From: Eubacteriales bacterium
Lineage (GTDB): Bacteria; Bacillota; Clostridia; Oscillospirales; SIG627
Length of the DNA stretch: 64,000 nt
Assembly: GCA_045601605.1 (NCBI GenBank)
Contig: JAZRZY010000158.1
Span: forward strand, 9,079 to 73,078
Direction: 5' to 3'
The stretch's first letter is position 1, and each line of letters starts with the position of its first letter. A program made the position numbers and the translations under genes. This document shows positions 8,747 through 18,360 of this stretch, piece by piece. Below the pieces are notes generated by a model, which searched no databases, was not told the DNA's origin, and saw nothing but the letters and a program-made list of their open reading frames with translations.

Positions 8747-9571
8747 TTAGAGCGTCGCGGAGAGTTCCGCGATTGCCTGTTCGTACTGTTCGTCACTCGG
8801 GGCGTTTCCGTGCCACTCGTAGCGGTTTTCCATGAAGGAAACGCCGCGGCCTTTGATGCATTTTGCAAGAATGACGGTGGGCTTATCGCTTTTTTTCGCT
8901 TTGGCAAAAGCAGCTTCGATCTCGTCAAAGTCGTGACCGTTGATCTCGAGAACTTCAAATCCAAAGGCGCGGTATTTTTCATCTAAAGGAGTGGGGTTGA
9001 GTACATCGGTGATGTTTCCGTCAATCTGCAAACCGTTGTAATCGACGATTACGCACAAGTTGTCGAGTTTGTGATGTGCTGCGAACATTGCCGCTTCCCA
9101 AACCTCGCCTTCTTCCTGTTCGCCGTCGCCCATAATGGTGTAAACGCGGTAATTTTCGCCGGAAAGCTTGGCGGAAAGAGCAATGCCGCAGGCGGCGGAA
9201 ACCCCTTGCCCCAGAGAACCGGTGGACATATCCACGCCGGGGATGTATTTCATATCGGGGTGTCCTTGCAGAATGCTTCCGATGTGACGGAAGGTCTTAA
9301 GCAGTTCCGCATCAAAGAAACCTCGTTCGGCAAGCGCAGCATAGAGCGCGGGGCAGGTGTGACCCTTGGAAAGCACGAAACGATCTCGTTTGGGATCCTT
9401 CGGATTTTGGGGATCTACGTTCATTTCTTTAAAATACAGATACGCAAGAAGCTCTGCAATGGACAGAGAACCGCCGGGGTGACCGGATCTGGCAGAGTGA
9501 ACTGCGGTTAGAGCACCCATGCGAATTTTGGTTGCAAGTGTTTGCAGGGATTTCTTTTCTTCGGGTTTCAT
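8747..9571 (-). CDS. Transketolase, N-terminal (TPP-binding) subunit
   Basis: 274 aa containing SGHPGGSLS and GDGEQEEG TPP-binding blocks. Confidence 0.85.
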   Translation of the reverse strand: MKPEEKKSLQTLATKIRMGALTAVHSARSGHPGGSLSIAELLAYLYFKEMNVDPQNPKDPKRDRFVLSKGHTCPALYAALAERGFFDAELLKTFRHIGSILQGHPDMKYIPGVDMSTGSLGQGVSAACGIALSAKLSGENYRVYTIMGDGEQEEGEVWEAAMFAAHHKLDNLCVIVDYNGLQIDGNITDVLNPTPLDEKYRAFGFEVLEINGHDFDEIEAAFAKAKKSDKPTVILAKCIKGRGVSFMENRYEWHGNAPSDEQYEQAIAELSATL

Positions 9572-10401
9572 AAGATCATTCCTCCTTCGGAGTGTTCGAT
9601 TTTCTCAATCAAATCGGCGATGGCGCCGAGATCGCAGTCGCAGAGATGGACGTCAGCTTTTTTTAAAACCTTGTCAATGGCATTGGCGGGACAACAGGCG
9701 CAATCGGCGTTTTCCAAGAGCTGCAGATCGTTTTCGTGGTCACCGACGCCGTATGCGTAGGAGAGACGCGGATCGTGCCGCTTGAGCATTTGCATACGGT
9801 TTCCCTTAGTGCCCTCGCGATCCAGTACTTCAAACAGGACTGAGCAGGAGAAATAGCAGGTAAATTCGCTTAGATCATACTGCAAAATATCGTCGCGCAA
9901 AGCGTCTAAATGGGGCTTTTGACCGTAGAATACCGCCTTGTAGAGCGTAACGTCGTTCGGGATCTTGTGGAGAGGAATCTCTTCCGTCACATCCAGAAAA
10001 TTCCTCAAGTCGTGCCTGAGTCCGTCCGTTAGGTGCGGCGTCAGAAAACGATCGGCGGTGGAAAAGCGGAGTGCAATTTCGGGGTGGCGTGCCAAAAGAT
10101 CGTCGAAAACGGGGAAGATCAGCTCGCGCTTGAGCGGGTGCTCGTCCAGAGGCTTCTTTTTTGCAAAGTCATAGACGTAGGCACCGTTTGTGACGATGCA
10201 AGGGAAGTTTGCGATCTCATCCGCGCGATCCACCACGCGAAGGAGTGCGTGCGGGTCGCGGCCGGTTGCAAATGCAAATTTGCCTCCGTTTGCTTTGAAG
10301 CGTTGGATGGCGTCCAGGTTTTCGGGTACCACACGAGAGCGTGCACCGAGAAACGTGTTGTCGAGATCGGATAAGATGAGGATGTGTTCAAAGGAGTTCA
10401 T
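9568..10401 (-). CDS. Cof-type HAD-IIB hydrolase
   Basis: 277 aa. Motif I is LSDLDNTF and motif IV is GVGDHENDL. There is a 4-nt overlap with the downstream tkt gene. Confidence 0.7.
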   Translation of the reverse strand: MNSFEHILILSDLDNTFLGARSRVVPENLDAIQRFKANGGKFAFATGRDPHALLRVVDRADEIANFPCIVTNGAYVYDFAKKKPLDEHPLKRELIFPVFDDLLARHPEIALRFSTADRFLTPHLTDGLRHDLRNFLDVTEEIPLHKIPNDVTLYKAVFYGQKPHLDALRDDILQYDLSEFTCYFSCSVLFEVLDREGTKGNRMQMLKRHDPRLSYAYGVGDHENDLQLLENADCACCPANAIDKVLKKADVHLCDCDLGAIADLIEKIEHSEGGMIL

Positions 10402-11344
10402 GAGGGTTCTTTCTCAACTTTTCATAGAACTTTTGCATGTGTTCCGGCATAGGAGCATCGAAACAAAGGGATTGTCCTGTGAGGGGGTGGATGAAGCCGA
10501 TGTGAGCGGCATGCAAAAGCTGTCCGTTTTGCCCCAGCGCGTCGCGCCCTGCGGCATAAAGCGCATCCCCTACCACGGGATGCCCGAGGGAGGCGGCGTG
10601 CACGCGGATTTGATGCGTGCGGCCGGTATGGAGCGTAAACTCCACCAGGGAAAATCGGCGAAATTGCTCGATGACACGGTATTCGGTGACGGCATTTTTT
10701 GCGCCGTCCGTATCCAAGGGGTAAGAGCACATCTTTTTGCGATCGGTCTTGGAACGCCCGATCGCAGACTCAATGCGTCCGGTGTCATCTTTCGGTGTGC
10801 CCCACAAAAACGCGAGGTACCGTCTGGAAAATGAGTGTTCTTTGATCTGGGCGGAAAGGGCTGCGTGCGCTTCGTCTGTTTTGGCAACTATGAGAAGCCC
10901 GGAGGTGTCTTTGTCAATGCGGTGCACAATGCCGGGGCGAAGAACTCCACCGATGCCGGAAAGCGAGTCGCGGCAATGGAACAAAAGGGCGTTGACGAGT
11001 GTGTGCTCGTAATTGCCCGCGGCGGGATGCACAACCATCCCTTGTGCTTTGTTGACCACAAGCAGACATTCGTCTTCGTAGAGAATGTCGAGGGGAATGT
11101 TCTCCGGCTCGCAGGAGAGATCCACAGGCGGAGGAACAAAAAGCGTCAGCGGTCTTCCGTCTGCGCGATCGCTTTTCTTCAATTGTGTTTCGTCGCAAAA
11201 AGCACAGCCCTTTTCGATGAGAGCAGAGATGCGTGATCGAGAAAGGGTGGAATGCTCGCGAAAAACTGCATCAACGCGCGCACCGATTTCGGGTTTTTCA
11301 ACGCAAATGACGTCGTAAGATTCGTCGAAATCGGAAACGTTCAT
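10388..11344 (-). CDS. rluD: RluA/RluD-family 23S rRNA pseudouridine synthase
   Basis: 318 aa with an S4-like N-terminus and catalytic block HRIDKDTSGLLIVAK. Confidence 0.8.
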   Translation of the reverse strand: MNVSDFDESYDVICVEKPEIGARVDAVFREHSTLSRSRISALIEKGCAFCDETQLKKSDRADGRPLTLFVPPPVDLSCEPENIPLDILYEDECLLVVNKAQGMVVHPAAGNYEHTLVNALLFHCRDSLSGIGGVLRPGIVHRIDKDTSGLLIVAKTDEAHAALSAQIKEHSFSRRYLAFLWGTPKDDTGRIESAIGRSKTDRKKMCSYPLDTDGAKNAVTEYRVIEQFRRFSLVEFTLHTGRTHQIRVHAASLGHPVVGDALYAAGRDALGQNGQLLHAAHIGFIHPLTGQSLCFDAPMPEHMQKFYEKLRKNPHELL

Positions 11345-11808
11345 GCCAATCCTGCTTTTTTCTTTTCATTTTTCCAATCGTCAATGAGATAAAAGATGAC
11401 GAAGAGGAAGGTGCCGACACAGACGCAGGAATCGGCAAGGTTGAACAAGGGGAAGTTGATGAGTCGAAAGTCCACGAAATCAACTACATAGCCCACAAAG
11501 ATCCGATCGATCATATTGCCGATCCCGCCGCCGCAAATGAGGGCGAGTGCCCATTGAGAACCGCGCGGCTTGTTCTTGGCAAAAATCAAATAGGCCAAAA
11601 TACCGAGAACAGCAAGCGTGGAGACGATCATAAAGACCCAGCGGGCATCCTTGAGCATCCCCCAGGCGGCTCCGGTGTTTTCGGTGTAGGAGAAGTGCAG
11701 AACATCCTGAATGATCGGGAAGGTCTTATCCGGCTTCAGCCATTCGGTCATAAGGTACTTGGTGAGTTGATCGAGACCGACGACCACTGCAATCAGAAGA
11801 TAAACCAC
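11341..11808 (-). CDS. lspA: Lipoprotein signal peptidase II
   Basis: 155 aa containing YTENTGAAWGML and FPLFNLAD blocks. Confidence 0.85.
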   Translation of the reverse strand: MVYLLIAVVVGLDQLTKYLMTEWLKPDKTFPIIQDVLHFSYTENTGAAWGMLKDARWVFMIVSTLAVLGILAYLIFAKNKPRGSQWALALICGGGIGNMIDRIFVGYVVDFVDFRLINFPLFNLADSCVCVGTFLFVIFYLIDDWKNEKKKAGLA

Positions 11809-11811
11809 AGA

Positions 11812-14625
11812 TTACAGTCCCAAAACTTCGCGGCAACGCTTGCAAAGCACGTCGCCGTCATCGGTAGTTTCGGTATCGGCGGTAAACATCCAACAACGGC
11901 AGCATTTTTCGCCGTCTGCGCTCACAACGCTGACGGAAATGTTGCTTTCGGTCTCGTTGAATGCATCGGCGGGAGCGTCATCGTAGCAGAGTTCTGCGCC
12001 GGAAACGATGAAGAGGTCTGCCAGTTCTTTCGCGGAAAAGCCGGAGAAGATCTGCATGGCGTGATTGTCCTTCGCGCCATAAATAAGGACCTTGGCTTCG
12101 AGCGATTTGCCGATCTTCTTGTCAGCACGGGCAAGCTCCAACGCCTTCATTACGTCATCGCGGTATGCAAAGAGATGATTGTAGGTTTCAAGTGCTTCGT
12201 TATCGATGAGCGCGGGGTCTGCATCGGGCAACGGATTTAAGAAGACGCTTTCACAGCGGTCTTCGGGAAGGTGTGCAAAGAATTCCCAGGCTTCCTCTGC
12301 GGTGAACGAGAGCAGGGGTGCGATCAAGCGCGTCAAACCGTGCAAAATGCGATACATCGTGCTTTGGACAGCGCGACGGGTTTTGGCATCCTTCTGTTCC
12401 ACGTAGAGGCGATCCTTGGTGATGTCAACGTACTGCTTGGAGAGGTCAATGGTGCAGAAGTTGTGTACGTCGTGATAGATCAGGTGGAACGCATAAGAAT
12501 CATAGGCCTTGCGTACGCGTGCGACCAACTCCTCAAAGCGAGAGATGGCCCAACGGTCCAAAGGCTCGGTTTCGCTGACGGGCAAAAGATCGCGACAGGG
12601 GTCGAAGTCGGCGGTGTCGCGGAGGTTTGCCATCAAGATGCGCAGTGTGTTTCGGATCTTGCGGTAGATCTCGGAGAGTTGCTTCAAGATCTCGGGGGAG
12701 ATGCGTACGTCGCCCGTGTAATCGGAACTGGAGACCCACAGGCGCAGGATATCGGCGCCGTACTGCTTGGCAACGTCCATGGGATCCACACCGTTGCCGA
12801 GGGACTTGGACATTTTCTTGCCTTCGCCGTCCACGACCATGCCGTGGGTGATGACGGTCTTGTAGGGGGCGGTGCCGCGCGTGGCTACGCTGGTGAGCAG
12901 CGAGGATTGGAACCAACCGCGATACTGGTCGTTTCCTTCGAGATAAAGATCGGCGGGGAAGGTTTGACCGGCGCGTTCCAGAACGGAAGCGTAAGAGGAA
13001 CCGGAATCGAACCAGACGTCCATAATATCGGTACCTTTTTCCCAGTCGCTGCAACCGCATTCACAGGTGTGCGCTCCGATGAGTTCTTCGACGCTGTGGG
13101 AATACCAAGCATCGGAACCCTCTTTTGCAAACCAATCGACGATCTTGGCAATGGTATCTTCGTTCAGCAGGGCTTTTCCGCATTTTTTGCAGTAAAAAAT
13201 CGGGATCGGAACGCCCCAGATGCGCTGACGAGAAATACACCAGTCGGCGCGGTCGGCAACCATTGACTCGATTCGTGCTTCGCCCCACTCGGGAATCCAA
13301 TTGACGTTGTGAACGGCATCGACGGCTTCTTTCTTGAAGTCCTCGACAGAGCAGAACCACTGCTTGGTTGCACGGAACAGCACGGGGTGCTTGCAACGCC
13401 AGCAGTGCGGATATTGGTGCACGATTTCTTCTTTGGCGATCAACGCGCCGGAAGCTTCCATATCGGCGAGAATGGCGGTGTTCGCATCCTCTGTTTTCAA
13501 ACCGCAGTATTTGCCCGCTTCTTCGGTCATACGGCCATGCTCGTCCACGGGGACGGGATAGCCATCTTTGAGTTCTTTGTAATTCATACAGACGATGTAG
13601 TCATCGTGGCCGTGGCCGGGTGCGGTATGGACGCAGCCGGTACCGGATTCCAAGGTGACGTGGTCGCCGTTGATGACGAGGGATTCACGATCCAAGAAGG
13701 GGTGGGCCGCTTTCATGTATTCGAGTTCGTGTCCGGCAAATTCGGCGAGAACGACGCCGTCGGAAAGCCCTGCGGCACGTTCAAAGGTTTCTTTGAGATC
13801 CGCTGCAATGAAGTAGGCGGCGTTCGCGTAGCGAACCAGTTGATATTGAAAGTCGGGGCCGAGGCAGATGGCCGTGTTGGCGGGAAGCGTCCAGGGCGTA
13901 GTGGTCCAAATGACGAAGGCGACGGTTTCGGGGAGATTGTCGATTTCGGAGAGAATGCCGCGATCGTCCGTTACGACGAAACGCACGTAGATGGAGGTGC
14001 AAGGATCATCTGCATATTCGATTTCGGCTTCGGCGAGGGCGGTCTCATCGTGCGGGCACCAGTAAACCGGTTTTTTGCCTTGATAGATATAACCCTTTTG
14101 AGCCATTTTGCCGAAAATTTCAATTTGCTTGGCTTCGAAGTCGTGCTGAAGCGTGAGATAGGGATTGTCAAAGTCGCAGATCACACCGAGACGGCGGATT
14201 TGCTCTTTCTGACGATCCACGTTTTCGCGCGCAAAGGCTTCGCAAAGAGCGCGAAATGCGATCGGATTCATTTCTTTGCGGTTGACCTTGTGCTTTTTGA
14301 GCATTTGCAGTTCGATGGGGAGGCCGTGAGTATCCCATCCGGGGATGTACGCGACCTGATAACCGCTCATCGTTTTATACTTCAAAATAAAATCCTTGAG
14401 CAGTTTGTTGAGTGCGTGCCCGATGTGCATATCTCTGTTTGCGTAGGGAGGACCGTCGTGGAAAATAAATTTTTCACGACCCTCAGCCGAAGCAACAAGC
14501 GTTTCGTAGAGTTTCTCCTCGCGCCATTTTTCGATGCGTGCGGGCTCCTTCGTGGGAAGAGAGGCCTTCATGGAAAATTCGGTTTGGGGCAGGTTGAGAG
14601 TTTTGGAATAATCGACTGCAGACAT
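11812..14625 (-). CDS. ileS: Isoleucine--tRNA ligase
   Basis: True start is ATG 14625 (MSAVDYSKTLNLPQTEF), preceded by GAGGT. HIGH motif is MHIGHALN and KMSKS motif is KKMSKSLGN. C-terminal zinc-ribbon cysteines are present. The track ORF carries a spurious 50-codon N-extension. Confidence 0.95.
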   Translation of the reverse strand: MSAVDYSKTLNLPQTEFSMKASLPTKEPARIEKWREEKLYETLVASAEGREKFIFHDGPPYANRDMHIGHALNKLLKDFILKYKTMSGYQVAYIPGWDTHGLPIELQMLKKHKVNRKEMNPIAFRALCEAFARENVDRQKEQIRRLGVICDFDNPYLTLQHDFEAKQIEIFGKMAQKGYIYQGKKPVYWCPHDETALAEAEIEYADDPCTSIYVRFVVTDDRGILSEIDNLPETVAFVIWTTTPWTLPANTAICLGPDFQYQLVRYANAAYFIAADLKETFERAAGLSDGVVLAEFAGHELEYMKAAHPFLDRESLVINGDHVTLESGTGCVHTAPGHGHDDYIVCMNYKELKDGYPVPVDEHGRMTEEAGKYCGLKTEDANTAILADMEASGALIAKEEIVHQYPHCWRCKHPVLFRATKQWFCSVEDFKKEAVDAVHNVNWIPEWGEARIESMVADRADWCISRQRIWGVPIPIFYCKKCGKALLNEDTIAKIVDWFAKEGSDAWYSHSVEELIGAHTCECGCSDWEKGTDIMDVWFDSGSSYASVLERAGQTFPADLYLEGNDQYRGWFQSSLLTSVATRGTAPYKTVITHGMVVDGEGKKMSKSLGNGVDPMDVAKQYGADILRLWVSSSDYTGDVRISPEILKQLSEIYRKIRNTLRILMANLRDTADFDPCRDLLPVSETEPLDRWAISRFEELVARVRKAYDSYAFHLIYHDVHNFCTIDLSKQYVDITKDRLYVEQKDAKTRRAVQSTMYRILHGLTRLIAPLLSFTAEEAWEFFAHLPEDRCESVFLNPLPDADPALIDNEALETYNHLFAYRDDVMKALELARADKKIGKSLEAKVLIYGAKDNHAMQIFSGFSAKELADLFIVSGAELCYDDAPADAFNETESNISVSVVSADGEKCCRCWMFTADTETTDDGDVLCKRCREVLGL

Positions 14626-14652
14626 GTTTTTACCTCGGTAATTTTGGTGTTG

Positions 14653-14693
14653 GAAAACGGGCAATGCAGTGGTGTGTCCACTGCGTTGCCCGT
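14653..14693 (-). terminator. Intrinsic terminator after divIVA, 28 nt before the ileS ATG
   Basis: 16-bp stem with one C-A mismatch (ACGGGCAACGCAGTGG/CCACTGCATTGCCCGT on the minus strand, 14693-14678/14672-14657), followed by TTTT. Confidence 0.6.
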
Positions 14694-14698
14694 GCCGT

Positions 14699-15544
14699 TT
14701 ATTCTTTGTTGTCTTTTTTGTTGGAATCGGACGCGAAGTCAGTGTCGTTTTCGCCGCTGACGGCGTCTTCGACACTCATTTCATATGCTTCTGCAAGCAG
14801 GTCGTCTTCCGAATCGTCTTCCGTGGACTCTTCATCGTCCACGCTGCTTTGCAAAATTTCATCCGTGAGTTGACCGAGCGTGCGTTTGCCCTCGCGGCGT
14901 GCGCGCTTGACGGCTTCTTTTTCCTCGCGGGTCATATGCTTTTTCGACGGGCGAACAAAACGCTTGAAATCTTCCAGCTCGGGGTTGTCGGTAGTGGCAA
15001 TGACGGCTTCTTCGATGCTTTCGTCGGGAATCAGCGCATCCATTGCTTGGGTGAGGATTTGATCGCGGGAGGGGAATTCGGCCTGCGCCTCCTCGGGCGA
15101 GGGAATATCGGTCTCGCGAAGAGATTTCAAGTATCCCGTATATTCGTTTAAGAGCATTTGCTTGAATTGTGCGGCGGAAAGGCGCAGTTCGGAAAGCTTG
15201 ATTTGTTCGGCTTCCACTTTGATCTGAGCATCTTCGATGATGTTCTCGCAACGCACCTTGACTTTTTCGGTGATCTCATCCGCTTTTCGCTCGGCAGCAA
15301 GAATCATCGATTCGGAAAGCTTTTGTGCCTGACTGACAGCCTTTCGGATGCTTTCTTCATCGTTTGCGAGCTCTTCGTATTTGCCGCTGACGATGTGCAA
15401 CCTTTTTTCAAGCTCAGCATTTTCGCGGTGAAGCTGCTCGTATTTTGCCATGAGGAACTGGATGTAATCATCCACTTCAATGGGGTTGTATCCACGCACG
15501 GTGCGTGAAAAATTTTTGTTTTTCAGATCTTCGGGCGGGATCAT
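14699..15544 (-). CDS. divIVA: DivIVA-domain cell-division protein with a long acidic C-terminal extension
   Basis: 281 aa. N-terminal FSRTVRGYNPIEVDDYI and coiled coil, then an Asp/Glu-rich tail. Confidence 0.8.
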   Translation of the reverse strand: MIPPEDLKNKNFSRTVRGYNPIEVDDYIQFLMAKYEQLHRENAELEKRLHIVSGKYEELANDEESIRKAVSQAQKLSESMILAAERKADEITEKVKVRCENIIEDAQIKVEAEQIKLSELRLSAAQFKQMLLNEYTGYLKSLRETDIPSPEEAQAEFPSRDQILTQAMDALIPDESIEEAVIATTDNPELEDFKRFVRPSKKHMTREEKEAVKRARREGKRTLGQLTDEILQSSVDDEESTEDDSEDDLLAEAYEMSVEDAVSGENDTDFASDSNKKDNKE

Positions 15545-15571
15545 GGCAGCTCCTTTCTGTGAATGATGGGA

Positions 15572-15853
15572 TCAAAAATGGATTTCCGGTAAGAATGCCC
15601 CGATCAGCATCAATAAGATCATGGCAACAAGGGATGAGGCATCAATGGGAAGATCTCGCAAAAGCGGGATCCGCTCCAAAATTGCGCGAAGCGGTGCAAG
15701 AAGCGGTTCGGTCATAAAATAGAGAAAGTTCATAAAGGCACTTTCTTCATCAATCGGGAACCAAGAGGTGATTGCGCGAATCATAATCAGCAGTTGCAAC
15801 GCGGTGATTGCTACGGTGACAACGCCGGTTATGATTTGTATGATCGCCTGCAC
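15572..15853 (-). CDS. yggT: YggT family membrane protein
   Basis: 93 aa containing IRAITSWFP and EPLLAPLR blocks, in the conserved position between sepF and divIVA. Confidence 0.75.
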   Translation of the reverse strand: MQAIIQIITGVVTVAITALQLLIMIRAITSWFPIDEESAFMNFLYFMTEPLLAPLRAILERIPLLRDLPIDASSLVAMILLMLIGAFLPEIHF

Positions 15854-15941
15854 GCCGAAACCTCCCTTATCAACGGAATAGAGTACGCTCCGGGAAAACC
15901 CGAAGCGTACCCCAAATAATTCGTTCAGTTAGTGGGAATAC

Positions 15942-16376
15942 TTAAATGTTTTCAGCAGGCTTTTCCTGTGCATCGTGAAGCTGCTCGCCGCTCACTTCCA
16001 CGTTGGAGGGGGTGATGACGTAGGTGTTGTTGGCAACCTTCTTCAGGGTGCCGCTGATCGCGTAAGCAACGCCGTTGAGGAAGTCGATGAGACGGCGGGA
16101 AGTCTCTTTGTTGGTCTCTTCGAGGTTGAGAAGAATCGTTTTGCGGGCGAGAAGATGATCGGCGATCTGAGAGACGCTTTCCAGTTTCTCGGGCTTGACG
16201 ACCTTCATTTCGATGGAAGAGCCGGAAGAGATGCCAAACTGGTTGCCGGGGCGAGCGGGAGCTTGCTCGGCTTCAACCTGTTCGTAGCCTTCTTCGGTGC
16301 CGTCGACGTATTCGTCGGTTTCCACATCGTTGTCCTTGCCATACATCAGATCGGAAAGTTTCTTGGTCCAACTCAT
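15942..16376 (-). CDS. sepF: Cell division protein SepF
   Basis: 144 aa. C-terminal domain reads VVKPEKLESVSQIADHLLARKTILLNLE...ISGTLKKV. Confidence 0.8.
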   Translation of the reverse strand: MSWTKKLSDLMYGKDNDVETDEYVDGTEEGYEQVEAEQAPARPGNQFGISSGSSIEMKVVKPEKLESVSQIADHLLARKTILLNLEETNKETSRRLIDFLNGVAYAISGTLKKVANNTYVITPSNVEVSGEQLHDAQEKPAENI

Positions 16377-16405
16377 TTTTTTGTCCTCCGTTTTATGTAA
16401 AGATT

Positions 16406-17125
16406 TTAAAGTGACATTGAATAATTCCGTGCGCCGAAAAGAGCGCTGCCGATGCGAACCATGTTTGCGCCGGCGGCGATGGCGGCGGGGAAATCTTCGC
16501 TCATGCCGAATGATGCGATTTGCATACTACTATTATCTATATTTTGGGTACAATTGTCAATAAAAATTTTCATAAATTTTTCGGAATTTGCAAATTGTTC
16601 ATCCCAATTGTGTGAAATTGGGGCGACAGCCATCAAACCGCATAGGCGCAAATGGGGCAATTTGCGAATTTCTTCCAAAAGCGCAGGCAACGCTTGGGGC
16701 GAAACACCGCTTTTTTGTGCTTCTCCGAGGTTGACCTCGCAGAGGATATCCATGATTTTGTTGTGCTTTTTTGCCTGCCGTTCAATTTCAAACGCCAACT
16801 CCGGTCGATCGACGGAGTGGATTAGAGAAACTTTGTCGATGATATATTTGACCTTGTTAGTTTGCAGGGCGCCGATGAAATGGATTTCAAGGGAAGGGTC
16901 AAGCTCATCGTATTTTTCACGCAGTTCCTGTACGCGGTTTTCTCCGATGATCTTTAAGCCGAGTGACGCCATGTAGTTGATCTCTTCGGGCGTTCTGGTC
17001 TTGGAAGCGGCTACCAAGGTGACGTCTTGTTTTGTCGGGCTCATTTCTCGGGCTTTTGCAATGGCAGCCGTGACGGTTTCATAGCCGAGACGGAGTTCTT
17101 CTTTACGCTTTTCACTGAGTGCCAT
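16406..17125 (-). CDS. yggS: YggS-family pyridoxal-phosphate homeostasis protein
   Basis: 239 aa containing LVAASKTR (PLP lysine), HFIGALQTNK and MSEDF blocks. Confidence 0.8.
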   Translation of the reverse strand: MALSEKRKEELRLGYETVTAAIAKAREMSPTKQDVTLVAASKTRTPEEINYMASLGLKIIGENRVQELREKYDELDPSLEIHFIGALQTNKVKYIIDKVSLIHSVDRPELAFEIERQAKKHNKIMDILCEVNLGEAQKSGVSPQALPALLEEIRKLPHLRLCGLMAVAPISHNWDEQFANSEKFMKIFIDNCTQNIDNSSMQIASFGMSEDFPAAIAAGANMVRIGSALFGARNYSMSL

Positions 17126-18360
17126 CAGTCCACCACCTTGCCGACGTATAGGTTCTTGCCGCGCACGATCACGGAATCATAAAGCTTGAGATAACTGTAA
17201 TAGTCGGGATCGGTTGCCTCAACGATCTCCACGAGGTAATAGCCTTCATTTTCGTGGATGCGGCGCACCTTTTTGTACCCGACGGTGCCGCCCTGAAGAA
17301 TGTACACGCCTTCCTCGCCGTCGATGCGGCGCAGAGCGCTTTTGACGATCTGAAGCCCCGTATAACTCTTCAAGATGATTTGTATGGTCTGTGAGCGGGT
17401 AAAATTAAATTCTTGCGGGATCTCGTTGGTAGAAAAGACCAAGATTACGGTATCTCGGTCGGTTTGCATGACTTTCTTGGAAAGCTTCGCCGTGATTCGC
17501 GTGTCGGAGGAATAGGGGAAGGCTAAGTTGTACTGTTTTCCTTCGGTGAAGCTTGCGGCTTGACTGCGATCGATCGGACAGAGCAGATTCCAAGTGAAAT
17601 CCTTGACGATTTTGCCAACCGTCTTGTCGGTGACCTTGCTCGGTTCTTTTGACAGAAGCTCGTCAAAGCTGTTGACGGTCAACGTATCGAGGGCGTTTTT
17701 TGTGAAGATGGTTTCATAGCCGTCAACGTCTGAGGAAAAATAGCCGGAGCTGGGGGTCTTGATGTTTTCCAAGGCGTTTGTCAATGAAGCGGTCAGCGAT
17801 TTTTTGCGTGCATTGAGTTCTTTGATCCGATCGGAAAAGTCTTCTACCTTGCCGACGATCAGTTGACGTTTATTGAGTGAGACCAAAAGATCGGATTTGC
17901 TTTGAATGGCGAGGTTGTACTTGGATTTTTCTGCCATATCGCGGTTTTTTTGCAACGTAGAGTAGATCAAACTGTCCTGCTTCGAGACGGTGGCGGTCGC
18001 ATAATTGGTATCGATGACGCTTGCCTCAAGTACGGACAACTGCTCATTGATTCGTTGGATCTCCGCCTGCACCTGACTTGCCGTGTCGCTCGCATAGACT
18101 GTGGCAATGGTCTGTGATTTGGCAACGCGGGCACCTTCTGTAAGCGTGCTGTGTACAACTCCGTCCTTCTTCGCCTTGAGAACTGTCTCGTCGCGCAGAA
18201 TGTAACCGGTTACTTCGATTTTGTCTTCGATCGTGTTTTTTCCGGCATATTCGGTCACGATCTCCGTGGAAAGCGCGGTGGAGATTTGGATGACGATATA
18301 AACGAGAACCAAGGCGCACAGAAGCGCCGCGGCGGTTCTGCGAAGAATCTTATTTAACAT
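17125..18360 (-). CDS. HlyD/membrane-fusion-like protein (N-terminal TM, lipoyl-like hairpin, long coiled coil)
   Basis: 411 aa with one TM helix. Sequence GYILRDETVLKAKKDGVVH...GARVAKSQTIATV resembles the barrel-sandwich hybrid of adaptor proteins. Start/stop overlaps with miaA and yggS. Confidence 0.45.
   Translation of the reverse strand: MLNKILRRTAAALLCALVLVYIVIQISTALSTEIVTEYAGKNTIEDKIEVTGYILRDETVLKAKKDGVVHSTLTEGARVAKSQTIATVYASDTASQVQAEIQRINEQLSVLEASVIDTNYATATVSKQDSLIYSTLQKNRDMAEKSKYNLAIQSKSDLLVSLNKRQLIVGKVEDFSDRIKELNARKKSLTASLTNALENIKTPSSGYFSSDVDGYETIFTKNALDTLTVNSFDELLSKEPSKVTDKTVGKIVKDFTWNLLCPIDRSQAASFTEGKQYNLAFPYSSDTRITAKLSKKVMQTDRDTVILVFSTNEIPQEFNFTRSQTIQIILKSYTGLQIVKSALRRIDGEEGVYILQGGTVGYKKVRRIHENEGYYLVEIVEATDPDYYSYLKLYDSVIVRGKNLYVGKVVD

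Noticed and set aside
12271-14760. Two long plus-strand ORFs (331 and 483 aa) antisense to ileS
   Set aside because: ileS on the minus strand has HIGH and KMSKS motifs and full-length colinearity. The antisense products are low-complexity Gly/Val/Ala/Asp-rich shadows typical of GC-rich third positions.
14626-14775. N-terminal extensions of track ORFs. This one is on ileS; the same applies to queA 20348-20479, radA 48663-48794, the AAE transporter 38633-38860, hup 46476-46523, the GHKL ATPase 61963-62058 and the zinc-ribbon protein 34119-34232.
   Set aside because: In each case an internal ATG is preceded by a good Shine-Dalgarno and matches the canonical family N-terminus. The extensions run through terminators, promoters or the lysine riboswitch.
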